Shown here: positions 39,359 to 55,970 of the stretch, in pieces
Position numbering within the stretch: the stretch's first letter is position 1
Layout of the letters: every line of letters starts with the position of its first letter
From: Octopus vulgaris
Lineage: Eukaryota
Assembly: GCA_951406725.2 (NCBI GenBank)
Contig: OX597840.1
Coordinates: 33,728,001-33,792,000 of the forward strand
Length of the DNA: 64,000 nucleotides
Reading direction: 5' to 3'
Notes under the pieces: generated by a model
Told to the model about the DNA's origin: nothing
The model's database searches: none
Seen by the model: the letters and a program-made list of their open reading frames with translations, nothing else
Translations under genes and position numbers: made by a program

Positions 39359-39829
39359 TAGTCGACTTTTGTTAATTTCAATATCATGTGCCATTTTTCC
39401 ATGATCCTCTTTCATTTGACCATATTATAATAAATTTTTGTTGCATTTCTCATCTTTCTGATGTGTAAGGATGGATACTGATGTGTATGAATCCTTTTTC
39501 AAATATAATTATGGAGATGGAAAGAGGCGTATTTACCTTACTTTGGTTTACTCGTTTTGCCCCACTAATTTTTTTTTTTTTTATACGTTCACAAAGAACG
39601 ATGACAATGTTTCATAATAGAGTTCTGAATATGTTACAGTATTTTTAAATGCATTTGGAGAGGGTCATTCGCTTAGCTAAAATAGTTCTTGTGAGGTAAT
39701 GAGCATTTGTACAAAATATATTTTGTCTCAAAGTCAAAAATGCAGTAAATTTTACTGATACGGCCCCACCATGTATATGTATATACATTTATCTATCTGG
39801 GGGGGAGGCGTGTTTAACTCTAAGTGTAC

Positions 39830-41390
39830 TACATTATATATTCATTACGGCCGATTTTACCAATCAGTTTCGCGCTAGGGATTCAATCGAGTGTTACATA
39901 ACAAACCGATTATGTAACGCTGCACTCCTCAGAGGTAACTGTTATCGAATGAAATACAGTGACTGCTCTCTATTGTTAGAGGTAAATAGACACATCCGGT
40001 TTGTGGTTGTTGTGAAAAAGATGATGAAATGAAACGTGTAGGGGATGGAGTTAAGAGTTATGCCCCTTGGTACCGAAACATCTCCACTGGGGTTGGCTAT
40101 GTTGCAAGTCGGTAAGAGTTTTCTGGAAAAGTTTGTGGAAAACGTGCTTCCTTAACGTTGGTGCTCTTGTGGAAATGGAGTATGCGTAGTGGTACTATAT
40201 GTGTGACGTTTGCAGATGTGGGTATACACATCTGTGTTCGTTGGTGTGTTTTCTTTTTTTTTTTTGTGTGTGTTTACTAGTTAATTTCGTGAGGCATGCG
40301 GTGTGTGTAGGGAGTACAATGTCTGTAGGAATTTATTTTGGAGAACAGTCTATTGGGTAGGAGTCCACCGTGTTGGGACGCGCGTGTTTGTTCGTGAATG
40401 CATTGGTGTATGCTTTGATCAAACTCCTTGCCGGACTCCAGGGCATTGATGGAGGACCGAGAGTGGGGGACTGGTGATAATAGTCATGATGGGGCATGCA
40501 GGTATGATAGGATGTATTTCCTCTCATGTGGGCAAGGATTAAAAATTCCGCTTCTGCTATTCAAGTAATTACCTGGGCGCTGGGGGCTCTTTAAAAATCG
40601 CTCTTTTCTCAGTCAGGCATAATCTACACCTCCATTTTCTATTGAAGTACGCTTTACATTTCTGTAGAATCTTCCACTTTATGCTGTACTCGGTAATGCT
40701 TTCTTTCAACGACCATACGTGCTTGGTCAGGGTTGTGAAGTTACGTCTCTTTGGGATCTTGAAAAATGACTTGTGGTTGCTATAGCGGGTTCTGAAAGGG
40801 CCTTCAGTTACTCCCACGTACTTCCGCACGTTGGGTTGCCCATTTAGTCTTTGGCTGTTACATCTGCTTTGTATATGACGATCTTCGTGTTACAATGGAC
40901 ATTCAGTGGGCATGTTGTGTTAGCCCAACATGTGCATCCTGCCTCTGTCTCATGCGTGAGCCTACCAACTAAAATCATTTTTACACTGGGTACACAGCTA
41001 AAGGAAATTCTCAGGGTATGTTTATTGAATATTTTGTTGAACCTATTTGTACGGGATGGTGGTGCTTATCTACTAAGTTAAGAAAAATCTTACCTACCCG
41101 GGTTTTAACACTTAAAGCAAAGGGCGGTGTGAACCACAACACTTTCCGATGACGCTTTCTCTTGGAGGGATTAGGGTCTGGAGTATAACTAATTCTATCC
41201 TTGGAACCGCTGGCGACCAGAGCCTCATTGTAGTATGGGGTGATAGCATGAAATATCTCTTAGCTTGGAGATAACCTGGAGATTCTTCTGCTGGCGCCCT
41301 CTATCGGGTTCTTGAAAACTATGGCTGAATGATAGGAACCTGTGTTAATGTATGATATCTTCTTGTTTGGCTTCCTGAAGGGTCTATATA
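39830..41390 (-). mobile_element. Penelope-like retroelement 3' fragment (RT thumb plus GIY-YIG endonuclease), decayed
   Basis: YRPFRKPNKKISYIN, RKVLWFTPPFALSVKTRVGKIFL, KYVGVTEGPFRTRYSNHK, CRLCLTEK; hammerhead motif downstream. Confidence 0.8.
39854..39936 (-). ncRNA. Hammerhead ribozyme motif downstream of the Penelope-like ORF
   Basis: Minus strand: CTGAGGA-GTGC...GCGC-GAAA-CTGATTGG-TA; weak stem I. Confidence 0.5.
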
Positions 41391-42572
41391 TATATATATA
41401 TAAGGTCCATCTACTGGTTGCATAGCCATGACTTTTTGTACATTCCATCAGCTAATGGTGAACATTTCAACTCTTACGCAATTCCAAGCGCCCACAAACA
41501 GCTACTGAGTTTTAAAAAAACTATACATTTCCTCCTAAAATTTCTGTATTTTTTATTCTCCACGTAAAAGTAAATTTATTTGCTAATGTATAGGCGCAGG
41601 AGTGGCTGTGTATAGGCGCGTGAGTGGCTGTGTGGTAAGTAGCTTGCTTACCAACCACATGGTTCCGGGTTCAGTCCCACTGCGTGGCATCTTGGGCAAG
41701 TGTCCTCTACTATAGCCCCGGGCCGACCAATGCTTTGTGAGTGGATTTGGTAGACGGAAACTGAAAGAAGCCCGTCGTATATATGTATGTATATATATAT
41801 GTGTGTGTGTGTATGTTTGTGTGTCTGTGTTTGTCCTCTTAGCATTGCTTGACAACCGATGCTGGTGTGTTAACGTCCCCGTCACTTAGCGGTTCGGCAA
41901 AAGAGACCGATAGAATAAGTACTAGGCTTACAAAGAATAAGTCCTGGGGTCGATTTGCTCGACTAAAGGCGGTGCTCCAGCATGGCCGCAGTCAAATGAC
42001 TGAAACAAGTAAAAGAGAGAGAGTATATGAAAACACCTCTATGCTTCTACTTATAGGCGCATTATTTTTTTTATCAGGAAGATTTGGTTGCTCTTTCTAG
42101 CAACTCGAGGACCAGGTAAAGGCTTTCTCGTTGCCTCGTCTCGTTCCATTCGTCACTTGTTGTTTAGTCCCGAGTTGGATCTGATTGAAAAGATATGATC
42201 AAAGACGTCCCAACTGTGACCATTCCGTCTTTCTTTCCAGGCACAATGGACTCTACGTGTAACGCACAGGATAGAGGTTTTTTCTATTCTGTATATAAAA
42301 AGTTTGGCTACTTTTTCTAGCAGGTCATGCGACCACATACAGGCTCCGCCGTTGGTCTGTCTCAGTAATAATTTTGTTGTTATTTAGCCTCGAATCAACC
42401 CTGATACAGCAAACCTATGTTGCTATGAAAAATATCTCTGGTTATTGAAGAAGGGCTTTGTTAGAGTTGACCCGGAAGTTGTTGTTCGCAAACAGCAGCA
42501 GTAATTTTCTTCAGCTGAATACACGTCACCGATTGGTTAAAATTATCCAAATACAACAACTTTAACACGAAA

Positions 42573-42959
42573 TCTTCATATATAAAAGTGAAGTTGTATG
42601 TCTGTCTCCTATGATTTAGATTCCTAACTACTCCCACATTTTGCGGTGCAGTTAACCAAAAGCGGGTATCTTATAGTCGTGATTCATATCGAGCCTTCTG
42701 GGTGCGTCTACGATGAGTCTACGATTTAAAAAAAATTACCATAAATTTTTTTCCATTTTAATGCATATTTTTCGCTATTATATAAGGGAAGTAACTCTTT
42801 AATAATGTCTACGATGAGTCAACGATTTTAAAAAAATTTACCATCATTTTTTTTCCATTTTTAATACATTTTTTTGTTATATTTTGGCTATAACTCTCTA
42901 AAAATGCTTACATAGTTATTTCCCTTACAAACCCGAGCAACGCCGGGCGATACTGCTAG
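42573..42959 (+). mobile_element. Non-autonomous Helitron
   Basis: A|TCTTCATATATAAAAG 5' end, CCCGAGCAACGCCGGG hairpin then CTAG|T 3' end; A-T target with no TSD. Confidence 0.8.
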
Positions 42960-43790
42960 TAACTTCTAAAATACAAAATTTTGTCAAAAACGTTAAGAGC
43001 AAACCCTGTTCTATGTGATACATTCTACGAGTATCCGAAGTTTCAAAGTGTTTAGTTTTAAAAAAATTAATTAAAAAATCTGTCGGTCAGATTGAAAAAG
43101 ATCCATAAAAATAACAAGAAGTAAAAATAAGTAAAAAAACATATAACAAAAGCAATATTTTTTTTGGTGAATTAAAATTTCAAATAAAAAAAATTTATTA
43201 AGACACGTTAGTAGTTTCTCATTTTTTTAGGGTTTTTTTTCCTCCGTTTCTTTTCGTTTTCAGATTTTTTTCTCTGTTTGGATTTTCTTTTCGTTTATTT
43301 TACATTTTCTTTTTGTCTTCAGCATTTTGATTGAAGAGTTGTTGTTTTGGTTTTTTTTTATTATAAATCGGAAAAATAGAATTAATAAAATTAGTAAATC
43401 GTCTTTTGTTCATTCTGTTTGTAAAAGGGTCCGGAAAAAAACAGTCGAAGGCATTTAAACATTATCGACAACCTTCCGCCATTTTTTCACATTTCCGCCA
43501 TATTTTCACAACAGTAAAAATAAAAGAAAGGCTACTTTAACCTCTATTTTTTCGTGTTGTGGACATCAAAATCAAAGGTATTGAACAAAATTCAATGAAA
43601 TTAAAAGTAAAATGAAGCAAGCCCAATGATTTAATAACACCAGTTTATAAAAATAAAAATTAAATTGTACAAAAGTACAATGTTGGAGAAGTGAGGAGAG
43701 GGGAGAAATGGGAAATAACTCTGTTAGTAAAATTATTCAAAAATGCCTTCATATGCCACAGCTATATATGTTTATATGTATATATGTATG

Positions 43791-43822
<32 letters not shown>

Positions 43823-44115
43823 TGTATGTATGTATGTATGTATGTATGTGTGACTGAGTGTATGCATATATCTAGGGATGTGTGTGTATATATATATATA
43901 TGTATGTATAAATGTATGTGTGTATATATTCAGTAGACACGTAGTTGAAGCCGCTTATTGTGATCACTTTGGGACGGATCTTTTTTAGGCTATATTAACG
44001 TCTTGATAGCATTACGCAGAGAATATAACAATATAACCGTTTGATAACATTATCAATGATCACAATAAGCGGTATCTACTACGTACATACATGCATATAT
44101 GTTTGTGTGTGCATG

Positions 44116-44149
<34 letters not shown>

Positions 44150-45150
44150 CATAATTTGAGTACCACTGGTATTTGAGTACTCTTTTTTCCACCTTGTTTC
44201 ACATTTATGTGTTTACTCCGGTATATATATATATATATATATATAAATTTGTACACGCACACACGTGAGTGAGTGGTCAAACAACAGAAAACGTACTCAA
44301 TACATTTAATAAGAGTTACATATAGAATTTTGAATAGTTTGATAAACACACACATATATATGTTTGTACACATACGTACATGCACACACACACACACACA
44401 CATGCACACACATACATATATATACACACACACACACACACATATATATACATATAATAAATAGCTGGCTTTTGTGTCGGGCAGAATTTTAAAAAAATTT
44501 TTCCTTTTTTTTTTTTTGTTTGTTGCCCTCTGGATTTTTGCCTGATGAGAAGATAAGAGTGCTCCATATTAAGCTCTGTGTTATCGTCCAACACTGTAAA
44601 ACAGCAAAAAAATCTCAGGGTGGTGATAGCAGTGCTGAAAGTGAATCTCGTGAGAGCGGTTTCGAATTCGACGTCTCACTTTGCTGCATTGTTTTGTTTC
44701 GTTTTGTTTTGTTTTTTCATTCTTTTTTTTTTTTATTTATTTATATATTTTTCTCTTTATTCCTCAGTTTCGAATTTCATAAAACATCTTGGAAATTTTT
44801 TCTTTTTTTTCTGTAAAAACCTCTCTCTCTCTCTCTCTCTCTTTTTTTTCTCTCTCTCTTTCTCTCTCTCTTTCTTCCCTAATATTGTCTCATTCTTTCT
44901 TTCTCTCTCTTCCTCTCTTTTTCTCTCCCTTTCTTTCTATCTTTCTCTGCCTAACTCACCTAACATTCTCTCTCTCTCTTCCTCTCTTTTCTCTCTCTCT
45001 CTCCCTCTCTCTCTTTCTTTCTTTCTTTATCTTTCACTCTCTCTCACACTCACACTCACGCTTTTTGTTTTTTATTGTTGTTACATTGCTGTTTTTCTTT
45101 GTTCCTTTTTCTTCTTTTTTTATTTTATTTTTCTCTCCCATTCTTCCAGT

Positions 45151-47524
<2,374 letters not shown>

Positions 47525-47647
47525 TGGCTGAAAGATAACAAGGAGAAGTGAAGCAAACGTACATAAATACATATATACATACATACATACATACATACAT
47601 ACATACATACATACATACATACATACATGCATACATACATACATACA

Positions 47648-47681
<34 letters not shown>

Positions 47682-48902
47682 CATATACATATATGCATAC
47701 ATACATGCATACATATATATATATATATATACATACATGCATGCATACATACATACATACATACATACATATACATACATACATACATACATGCATGCAT
47801 ATATACATATATACATACATATATACATACATACATACATATATACACACATAAATACATACATACATACATAATACATGCATACATACATACATGCATA
47901 CCTACATATACATACATACATACCTATATACACACATACATGCATACATGCATACATACATACATACATACATACAAACATACATACATACATGCATACA
48001 TACATACATGCATACATACATACATACATACATACATACATACATACATACATACATACATACATACATACATACATACATACATACATACACACACATG
48101 CGTATATGCATATTCGCAACTCTGGGTTTCACGTTTCCGACTGTTCAAACGATGTACAATCGTTTGAACATTTCGAATCACGGAGCGTAGACTTAGATCG
48201 AAGTTTCAGTTACATACAGAATGTGAACATTTCACTCAAAGGACTCGGTAGATTTTTCTCCGTCTATAAACATAAATTTTTTATAATAAATGTGTATATA
48301 TACATGTCAGTTTGGTCTATGATTATATGTGACTGTGTACATTATATAGGTATGTATACATGTGTGTGTGTGTGTTTGTATAATATAAATAATATATATA
48401 TATATACATGTGTGTGTGTATGCGAAAACGAATGAGTTAAATACGCAAACAACGTGAGAAAATGGGAAACAGGACAAGTAACACAAAGAACGACCCTTCA
48501 TCAGTTGTTGGCTGGCTATCTACTCACCAGACAGCCGAAAACTGACGATGGGTCATGCTTTATGTTACTGGTCTTGTTTTCCACTTGTTTCTCTCGTTGT
48601 TTGCGTATTTAACTCATTCGTTTTCGTATTTCATTTCGTTTACTGTTGGCGACATCCTGAACCCATATATGCATATCTATATATATTGCAAATAAGAAAA
48701 TGGAGGAGAACAATAGGTGGTTCGTCAACTTTTAGACACTATATTATGTAAAGTTATTTATCCATTTACTAAACTGATAATTACAATAATATACATACAT
48801 ATAACATATCATTCTTTACATATAAGATATAAGATATAAAATATATCAATATATAAGGATACCAGTAACTATTCTAAAACATGAATATAAATTGGGAAAA
48901 AT

Positions 48903-49028
48903 ACCTTACAGCTGTTTCAGCCAATAGATAAAAATACCTCATTCTACCTTTATTACTCAAGTGGATTGAAGTAATAGGTTGATGAACATGAGGTACTTGT
49001 ATATATCTTTCTAGGCTTCGTCAGAGAT
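48903..49028 (-). ncRNA. Type I hammerhead ribozyme motif with long stem II
   Basis: Minus strand: ATCT-CTGACGA-AGCC...GGCT-GAAA-CAGCTG-TA|AGGT. Confidence 0.7.
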
Positions 49029-49219
49029 TATATTGAATTTTATATTTTTTATATATTTTGTATTTTATATGAATTAATTTATTTCTGTCTTTTGGTTTAT
49101 GTTTTTCACTGTTTGATTTGCCTAAAAGTGGTTTTATCTCTAATTTAATTTATATATTTATATATATATATAAACACTGCACATAAGACATAGAGAGAAA
49201 ACAGAAGAAAGGATGAGAC

Positions 49220-50007
49220 ACATACATACATACATACATACATACATACATACATACATACATACATACATACATACATACGTACGTACATACATACATT
49301 CATACATACATACATACATACATTCATACATACATACATACATACATACATACGTACGTACATACATACATACATACATACATACATACATACATACATA
49401 CGTACGTACATACATACATACATACATACATACATACATACATACGTACGTACGTACATACATACATACATACATACATACATACATACGTACGTACATA
49501 CATACATTCATACATACATACATACATACATACATACATACATACATACATACATTCATACATACATACATACATACATACATACGTACGTACATACATA
49601 CATACATACATACATACATACATACATACGTACGTACGTACATACATACATACATACATACATACATACATACATACGTACGTACATACATACATTCATA
49701 CATACATACATACATACATACATACATACATACATACATTCATACATACATACATACATACGTACGTACATACATACATACATACATACATACATACATA
49801 CATACGTACGTACATACATACATACATACATACATACATACATACATACATACATACATACGTACACACATACATACATACATACATACATACATACATA
49901 CACACATACATACATACATACATACATACATACATACATACATACATACATACATACATACATACATACATACATACATACGTACGTACGTACATACATA
50001 CATACAT
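49220..50007. repeat. (TACA)n microsatellite, about 800 bp; similar tracts at 47560-48095 and 55380-55595
   Basis: Direct inspection. Confidence 0.97.
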
Positions 50008-52081
50008 GAAATAAACAAGAGCAAAAGCAGCAAAATTATTTAAAACCACAATCATAATTGCAACAAGAGCAAAGAAAATATGCAAAACAAACAAACAAAA
50101 TATGCAAAGAACAAACCCAAAACACAATACAACAAACTCTTCAACAAAAGCAAACTAAAACAAGCAGCAACCGTGCAAAAAAATGAAATGAGCATGCGCA
50201 ATAGACTGCACAAGGACAAAATTAAATGTTTCGCCCCCAAAGTACCACCTACATCACACTAAATGATCATAAACACATCGACATCTCACTGAAATACAGA
50301 CTTGTTAATATTCTTTTCTACTCTAGGCACAAGGCCCGAAATTTTGGGGGAGGGGTTCAGTCGATTAGAACGACTCTGGTATGCAACTGGTACTTAATTT
50401 ATCGACCCTGAAAGGATGAAAAGCAAAGTCGACCTCGGCGAAATTTGAACTCAGAACGTAAAGCATTTCGCTGGGCGTGCTAACGTTTCCGCCAGCTCGT
50501 CGCCTTACAGACTCATTAATATTGTTGAAGATAGTATAAGTATCACACACGCACGCAGGCACACACACGCACACACACACACAAATACACACACAAGCAC
50601 GCGCACACATACACACACACATACATACAATAGGGTTCATTCAGTTTCCATCTATCAAATCCACTGACAAGGCTTTGGTCGACCCAAAGCTACAGTAAAA
50701 GAGACTTGCCCAAGGTGCCACGCAGTGGGACTGAACCCGGAACCATGTGGTTGAAAGGCAAGCTTCTTACCACACAGCCACAAACTCTCATGTGCACGAG
50801 AAACAGCGAAAATCAGAACGATGACATTCATATCCATTCATTCTTAAAACGTTCTTCCTTCAGACCATTGTGTTCATAACACACACTGCATATTGGGAGT
50901 AAGGTGACTGGGATACCCAGTGTTTCAACATTGTTTTGTCTCCTCAGTCAAACCTAACACGGACTCAGGAATCTAACAAGATTTTGTGGTTCTTGTTTAC
51001 AAATAAAGCAAATTATTTGCTGATCGGTCCTAACATCATCCAACCGATAAATTATTATGTGTCTATGAACATCGAGAATCAAAACGATGGCATATTTAGT
51101 CTTAATTAGAAATAGATTAATATAGTTCGTCAAACTATCTTGTGTAGAATAAATGTCAACGATCTGGAGTACATAAACTTGAATCTGAAAAATAATACTG
51201 TACCAATTGTTACGTGGTCTATTGGCTTCGAAATCGTAAAGTAAATGAAGATCTATCTCATTTCTTTAGTGCTCACAAGGGGCTACACACAGAGGGGACA
51301 AACAAGGACAGACAGACGGATTAAGTCGATTATATCGACCCCAGTGCGTAACTGGAACATATTTAATCAAACCCGAAAGGATAAAAGGCAAAGTCGACTC
51401 CGGTGGAATTTGAACTCAGAACATAGCGGCAGACGAAATACCTATTTCTTTTCCTACACACAGAGGGGACAAGCAAGGACAGACAAACGGATTGAGTTGA
51501 TTACATCGACCCCAGTGCATAACTGGTCCTTAATTTATCGACCCCGAAAGGATGAAAGGCAAAGTCGACCTCGGCGGAATTCGAACTCAGAACGTAGCGG
51601 CAGACGAAATACCGCTAAGCATTTCGCCCGGTGTGCTAACGTTTCTGCCAGATTTCAGTAATTAGTATATTTTCATAAACGAAAATTTTCGTCTAAAAGA
51701 TAGTGTTTTTACTTGACAATGAACAGCTAATCGCTGCTGTATTCTACCATGGCAGAACAACTCTTTTCAGGCGACTGAGTATGTTCATACACATGATTCA
51801 TTAACGTAAGGAACTCAGGATTCGGAACTTATCAAGAACGAATATTGAAGTAATCGTTCTGTCTTACTCTTTTACTCTTTTACTTGTTTCAGTCATTTGA
51901 CTGCGGCCATGCTGGAGCACCGCCTTTTAATCGAGCAACTCGACCCCGGGACTTATTCTTTGTAAGCCCAGTACTTATTCTATCGGTCTCTTTTTGCCGA
52001 ACCGCTAAGTGACGGGGACGTAAACACACCAGCATCGGTTGTCAAGCAATGCTAGACACACAAACACACACAGACACACAA

Positions 52082-52132
<51 letters not shown>

Positions 52133-52947
52133 GGCTTCTTTCAGTTTCCGTCTACCAAATCCACTCACAAGGCATTGGTCGGCCCGGGGCTATAGCAGAA
52201 GACACTTGCCCAAGATGCCACGCAGTGGGACTGAACCCGAAACCATGTGGTTGGTTAGCAAGCTACTTACCACACAGCCACTCCTACACCTATATATATA
52301 TATATATATACATATATACGACAGGCTTCTTTCAGTTTCCGTCTACCAAATCCACTCACAAGGCATTGGTCGGCCCGGGGCTATAGCAGAAGACACTTGC
52401 CCAAGATGCCACGCAGTGGGACTGAACCCGGAACCATGTGGTTGGTTAGCAAGCTACTTACCACACAGCCACTCCTGCGACCTTTTTTTTTTTTTTAGTC
52501 ATATGCGTTTGACTTTTACTCCCGACCCAAAACGCATGCAATAGATTTTAAGGGGATCATTGCATGCAACAAGCAAAAACTGCAAAGGGGTTAGCGGCAA
52601 AGGCGAAAGTCGATCTACGGAGCTACGAAGAAAGCGGGTTAGTTGTTCGATAAACATGAGAAGTTAAATTGTCCGAGGTTGCAGTGATATTGAAAAGAAG
52701 TAAGCATCGTCAAACTATCTCTTTTTTTTTTTAAAGGAATCTAACAAAATTAACAATGGCAAGTCGAAGGTAGCAATGGTTATTGGGTCAAACTGTGCTC
52801 TGAGCGAAAGCAAGAAAACAGACAGCAGTGTGGGTCATGGAAATGTATACATACATGCATACATACATATATATATGTATATATATATAATTTATATTTG
52901 ATATATTTATATATATATATAATTTATATTTGAAACATATATATATA

Positions 52948-53181
<234 letters not shown>

Positions 53182-53212
53182 GTGTATATATATATATGTG
53201 TATATATATATT

Positions 53213-53283
<71 letters not shown>

Positions 53284-53506
53284 TTGTATTTCGGAATGGT
53301 CATTTTGCCAGTTTAGCCAATTAAAAACACACGTACTATATATTTGGTGTTATTTTGCTTCAGTGTTATTTATTTTTTTACATTAATCTTAATCTTATTT
53401 CGGCCAGAGTTCTTTCGTCACACTCCTGTGGCCGCATCAGTGGTCCTTTGTTTTCTTCTTCCTTATTTATTGGCTAAACTGGCAAAACGACCGTTCCGAA
53501 ATACAA
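53284..53506. repeat. Inverted-repeat element (about 38-bp arms) with an internal degenerate hammerhead-like motif (53402-53446, minus strand)
   Basis: TTGTATTTCGGAATGGTCATTTTGCCAGTTTAGCCAAT / ATTGGCTAAACTGGCAAAACGACCGTTCCGAAATACAA. Confidence 0.75.
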
Positions 53507-53549
53507 CAATGTCTGTTTCAACACACGACTTCACATAAAAAAATCTTGC

Positions 53550-53637
<88 letters not shown>

Positions 53638-53662
53638 CACAAGCATATACAAGGATAATAAC

Positions 53663-54343
53663 CTCGATTCCAAGCATGTTCAGGGGCGAAACCACTTGGC
53701 TATCTGCTGCAGCTTCGGCAACGTTGTTCATGGTTTCTGTAAGGACATCAGCCGCTGATTCTTCAATGACCCCTTCGAATATTCCTTCAGTAACTGTCTC
53801 AGTGGCGGCTTCTAGCACGGAGTCACTAGCTGCTTCTAGCATTGACTCAGTGGCGGTTTCGAATGCTGACTCGGTTGCTGCTTCCAGGATTGAGTCAGTA
53901 GCGCTTTCGAATGCTGACTCGGTTGCTGCTTCTAGTATTGACTCAGTCGCGGTTTCGAATGCTGAGTCGGTTGCTGCTTCCAGTATTGACTCAGTCGCGG
54001 TTTCGAATGCTGAGTCGGTTGCTGCTTCAAGTATTGACTGAGTAGCGGTTTCGAATGCTGAGTCGGTTGCTGCTTCAAGTATTGACTCAGTAGCGGTTTC
54101 GAATGCTGACTCGGTTGCTGCTTCTAGTATTGACTGAGTAGCGGTTTCGAATGCCGACTCGGTCGCTGCTTCTAACACAGACTCGGCGGCTGACTCCAAT
54201 ATGGTATCGGCTGCGCTCTCTACTATGGAATCGGCCACTGCTTCCACTACAGACTCCGCTGCACCGTTCACTACAGACTCCGTTGCTGCATTCACCACCG
54301 ACTCCGCAGCAGTCTTCACAATGGATTCTGCTGCTTCCTCCAT
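53663..54343 (-). CDS. Acidic octapeptide-repeat coding exon (227 codons); candidate N-terminal extension of the aquaporin
   Basis: GCGATGG start with an in-frame upstream stop at 54437; 24/48-nt repeats with synonymous third-position variation; GAG|GTTATT donor in phase 0 matches the phase-0 aquaporin acceptor. Confidence 0.65.
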
Positions 54344-55377
54344 CGCAGATTTAAATAAAACCCTTTCTTTCGATTCGGGATCACAACAATAAACCCAGGT
54401 GACGAAGGCAAACTTGGTAAGAAACAGCTGAGACGTTCAGATGGACGTGATACGGTCTCCCAATGATCAATGTTATGCTGTACTGTTCACTCTCTGATTT
54501 CTCTTTGATTTCGCTCACTTACTCTATTCCTTTCACTGAATCCAGTGATCCCCCAGCGTATCTCAGTCTTCGGTGGTTTGTTTGTCTGTTAGTTTACTAC
54601 TGTTAGTATTATTACGGTTATTGTTATCAATACTATTCTTTCTTCTTTCTTAGTTTGTAACGACAAATTTTTTTATCGCCTGTCGTCAGCCGCCTTTTAA
54701 TAGATCATCGGAGAGCACACCCAAATTGTTGAGGGATACCTGAAAGATATATATACATACATATATATACACATACATATACATATACACGAGTATATTA
54801 TTGCACACAGAAAATATAATACAACACAATACAACTTCGTCAGGCGTTAAGTTACAGGACTGCAACGAGGAAGACATGAAGCTAAGCAAAATGGTTTGGA
54901 AAAATATTATTTTAAAATGAAAAGGAAAATGGTAAGTAAATTCGAAGTGTATAAGATTCTGTATATTGCTGTCTCGTTGTCAGGATATGTCTACGATTAT
55001 TTCTGTATTAGAAGAGAAGACCCCCTTCGGTCATGAATGACCATGGGATTTCACCTAGAAAGTTACCCTCCGAGGCACAAGTCCGGGCAAGGTTGTTTAT
55101 GGAAGGCTAGCAGTCACCCATGCATACCAGCCTCCCCTATTCACACCACTGATGTTATCCAAGGAAAAGGCAAAGGGGCCAATACAGCTTGGCACCAGTG
55201 ATGTCGCAACTCATTTTTACAGCTGAGTTAATTGGAGCAACGTGAAATAAAGTGTCTTGCTCAATAACACAACACGCAGCCCGGTCCGAGATTCGAACTC
55301 ACAACCTCACGATCGTAAGCTCGACGCTCTAACCACTGAGCCATGCGCCTTCACATATCTATATTATTTGGTAGGTA

Positions 55378-55408
<31 letters not shown>

Positions 55409-55970
55409 TGTATGTATGTATGTATGCATGTATGCATGTATGTATGTATGTATGCATGTATGCATGTATGTATGTATATGTATGTATATATATATATGTA
55501 TGTATGTATATATATATATGTATGTATGTATGCATGCATGTATGTATATATGTATGTATGCATGTATGTATGTATGTATGTATGTATGTATGTATTTATG
55601 AGCAACCACGTTACAGACGCACACACTTACACACGCACACACATTAACACTGACAACTTCCCAGCACCCACACCACACACCATCATCCACACACTCACAC
55701 ACAATCTTCAATAGCGTCACCACACATATCAACATATGAGCAGCCACACGTTACAGACGCATACACTTACACACGCACACAACCACACACACACTTACGC
55801 ATTCTCACACATATGCACACGCAACTTCGTTTTAGGATCACCAATACTTTATTATCTCCCTTCCTTACAACCTCTCCTTTCAAACTTTTTTCCAATCAAT
55901 CGCCATGCTTGACTGCTAAATCCACAATCTTTTTTTTAATTCTCTCTCTGTTTATTTTCTCTGATCCTTC

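Noticed and set aside
47528-47917. N-terminal MYVC-repeat part of ORF 46637-47917
   Set aside because: It is the translation of an intronic (TACA)n microsatellite; the exon starts at the acceptor at 47527
49145-50127. Long MYVC/HTYI ORFs, and YIYI ORFs throughout the window
   Set aside because: Stop-free translations of di- and tetranucleotide microsatellites
53531-53662. Read-through C-terminus of ORF 53531-54343 as a stand-alone gene
   Set aside because: The frame runs into (TA)n; a splice donor before the microsatellite is more plausible
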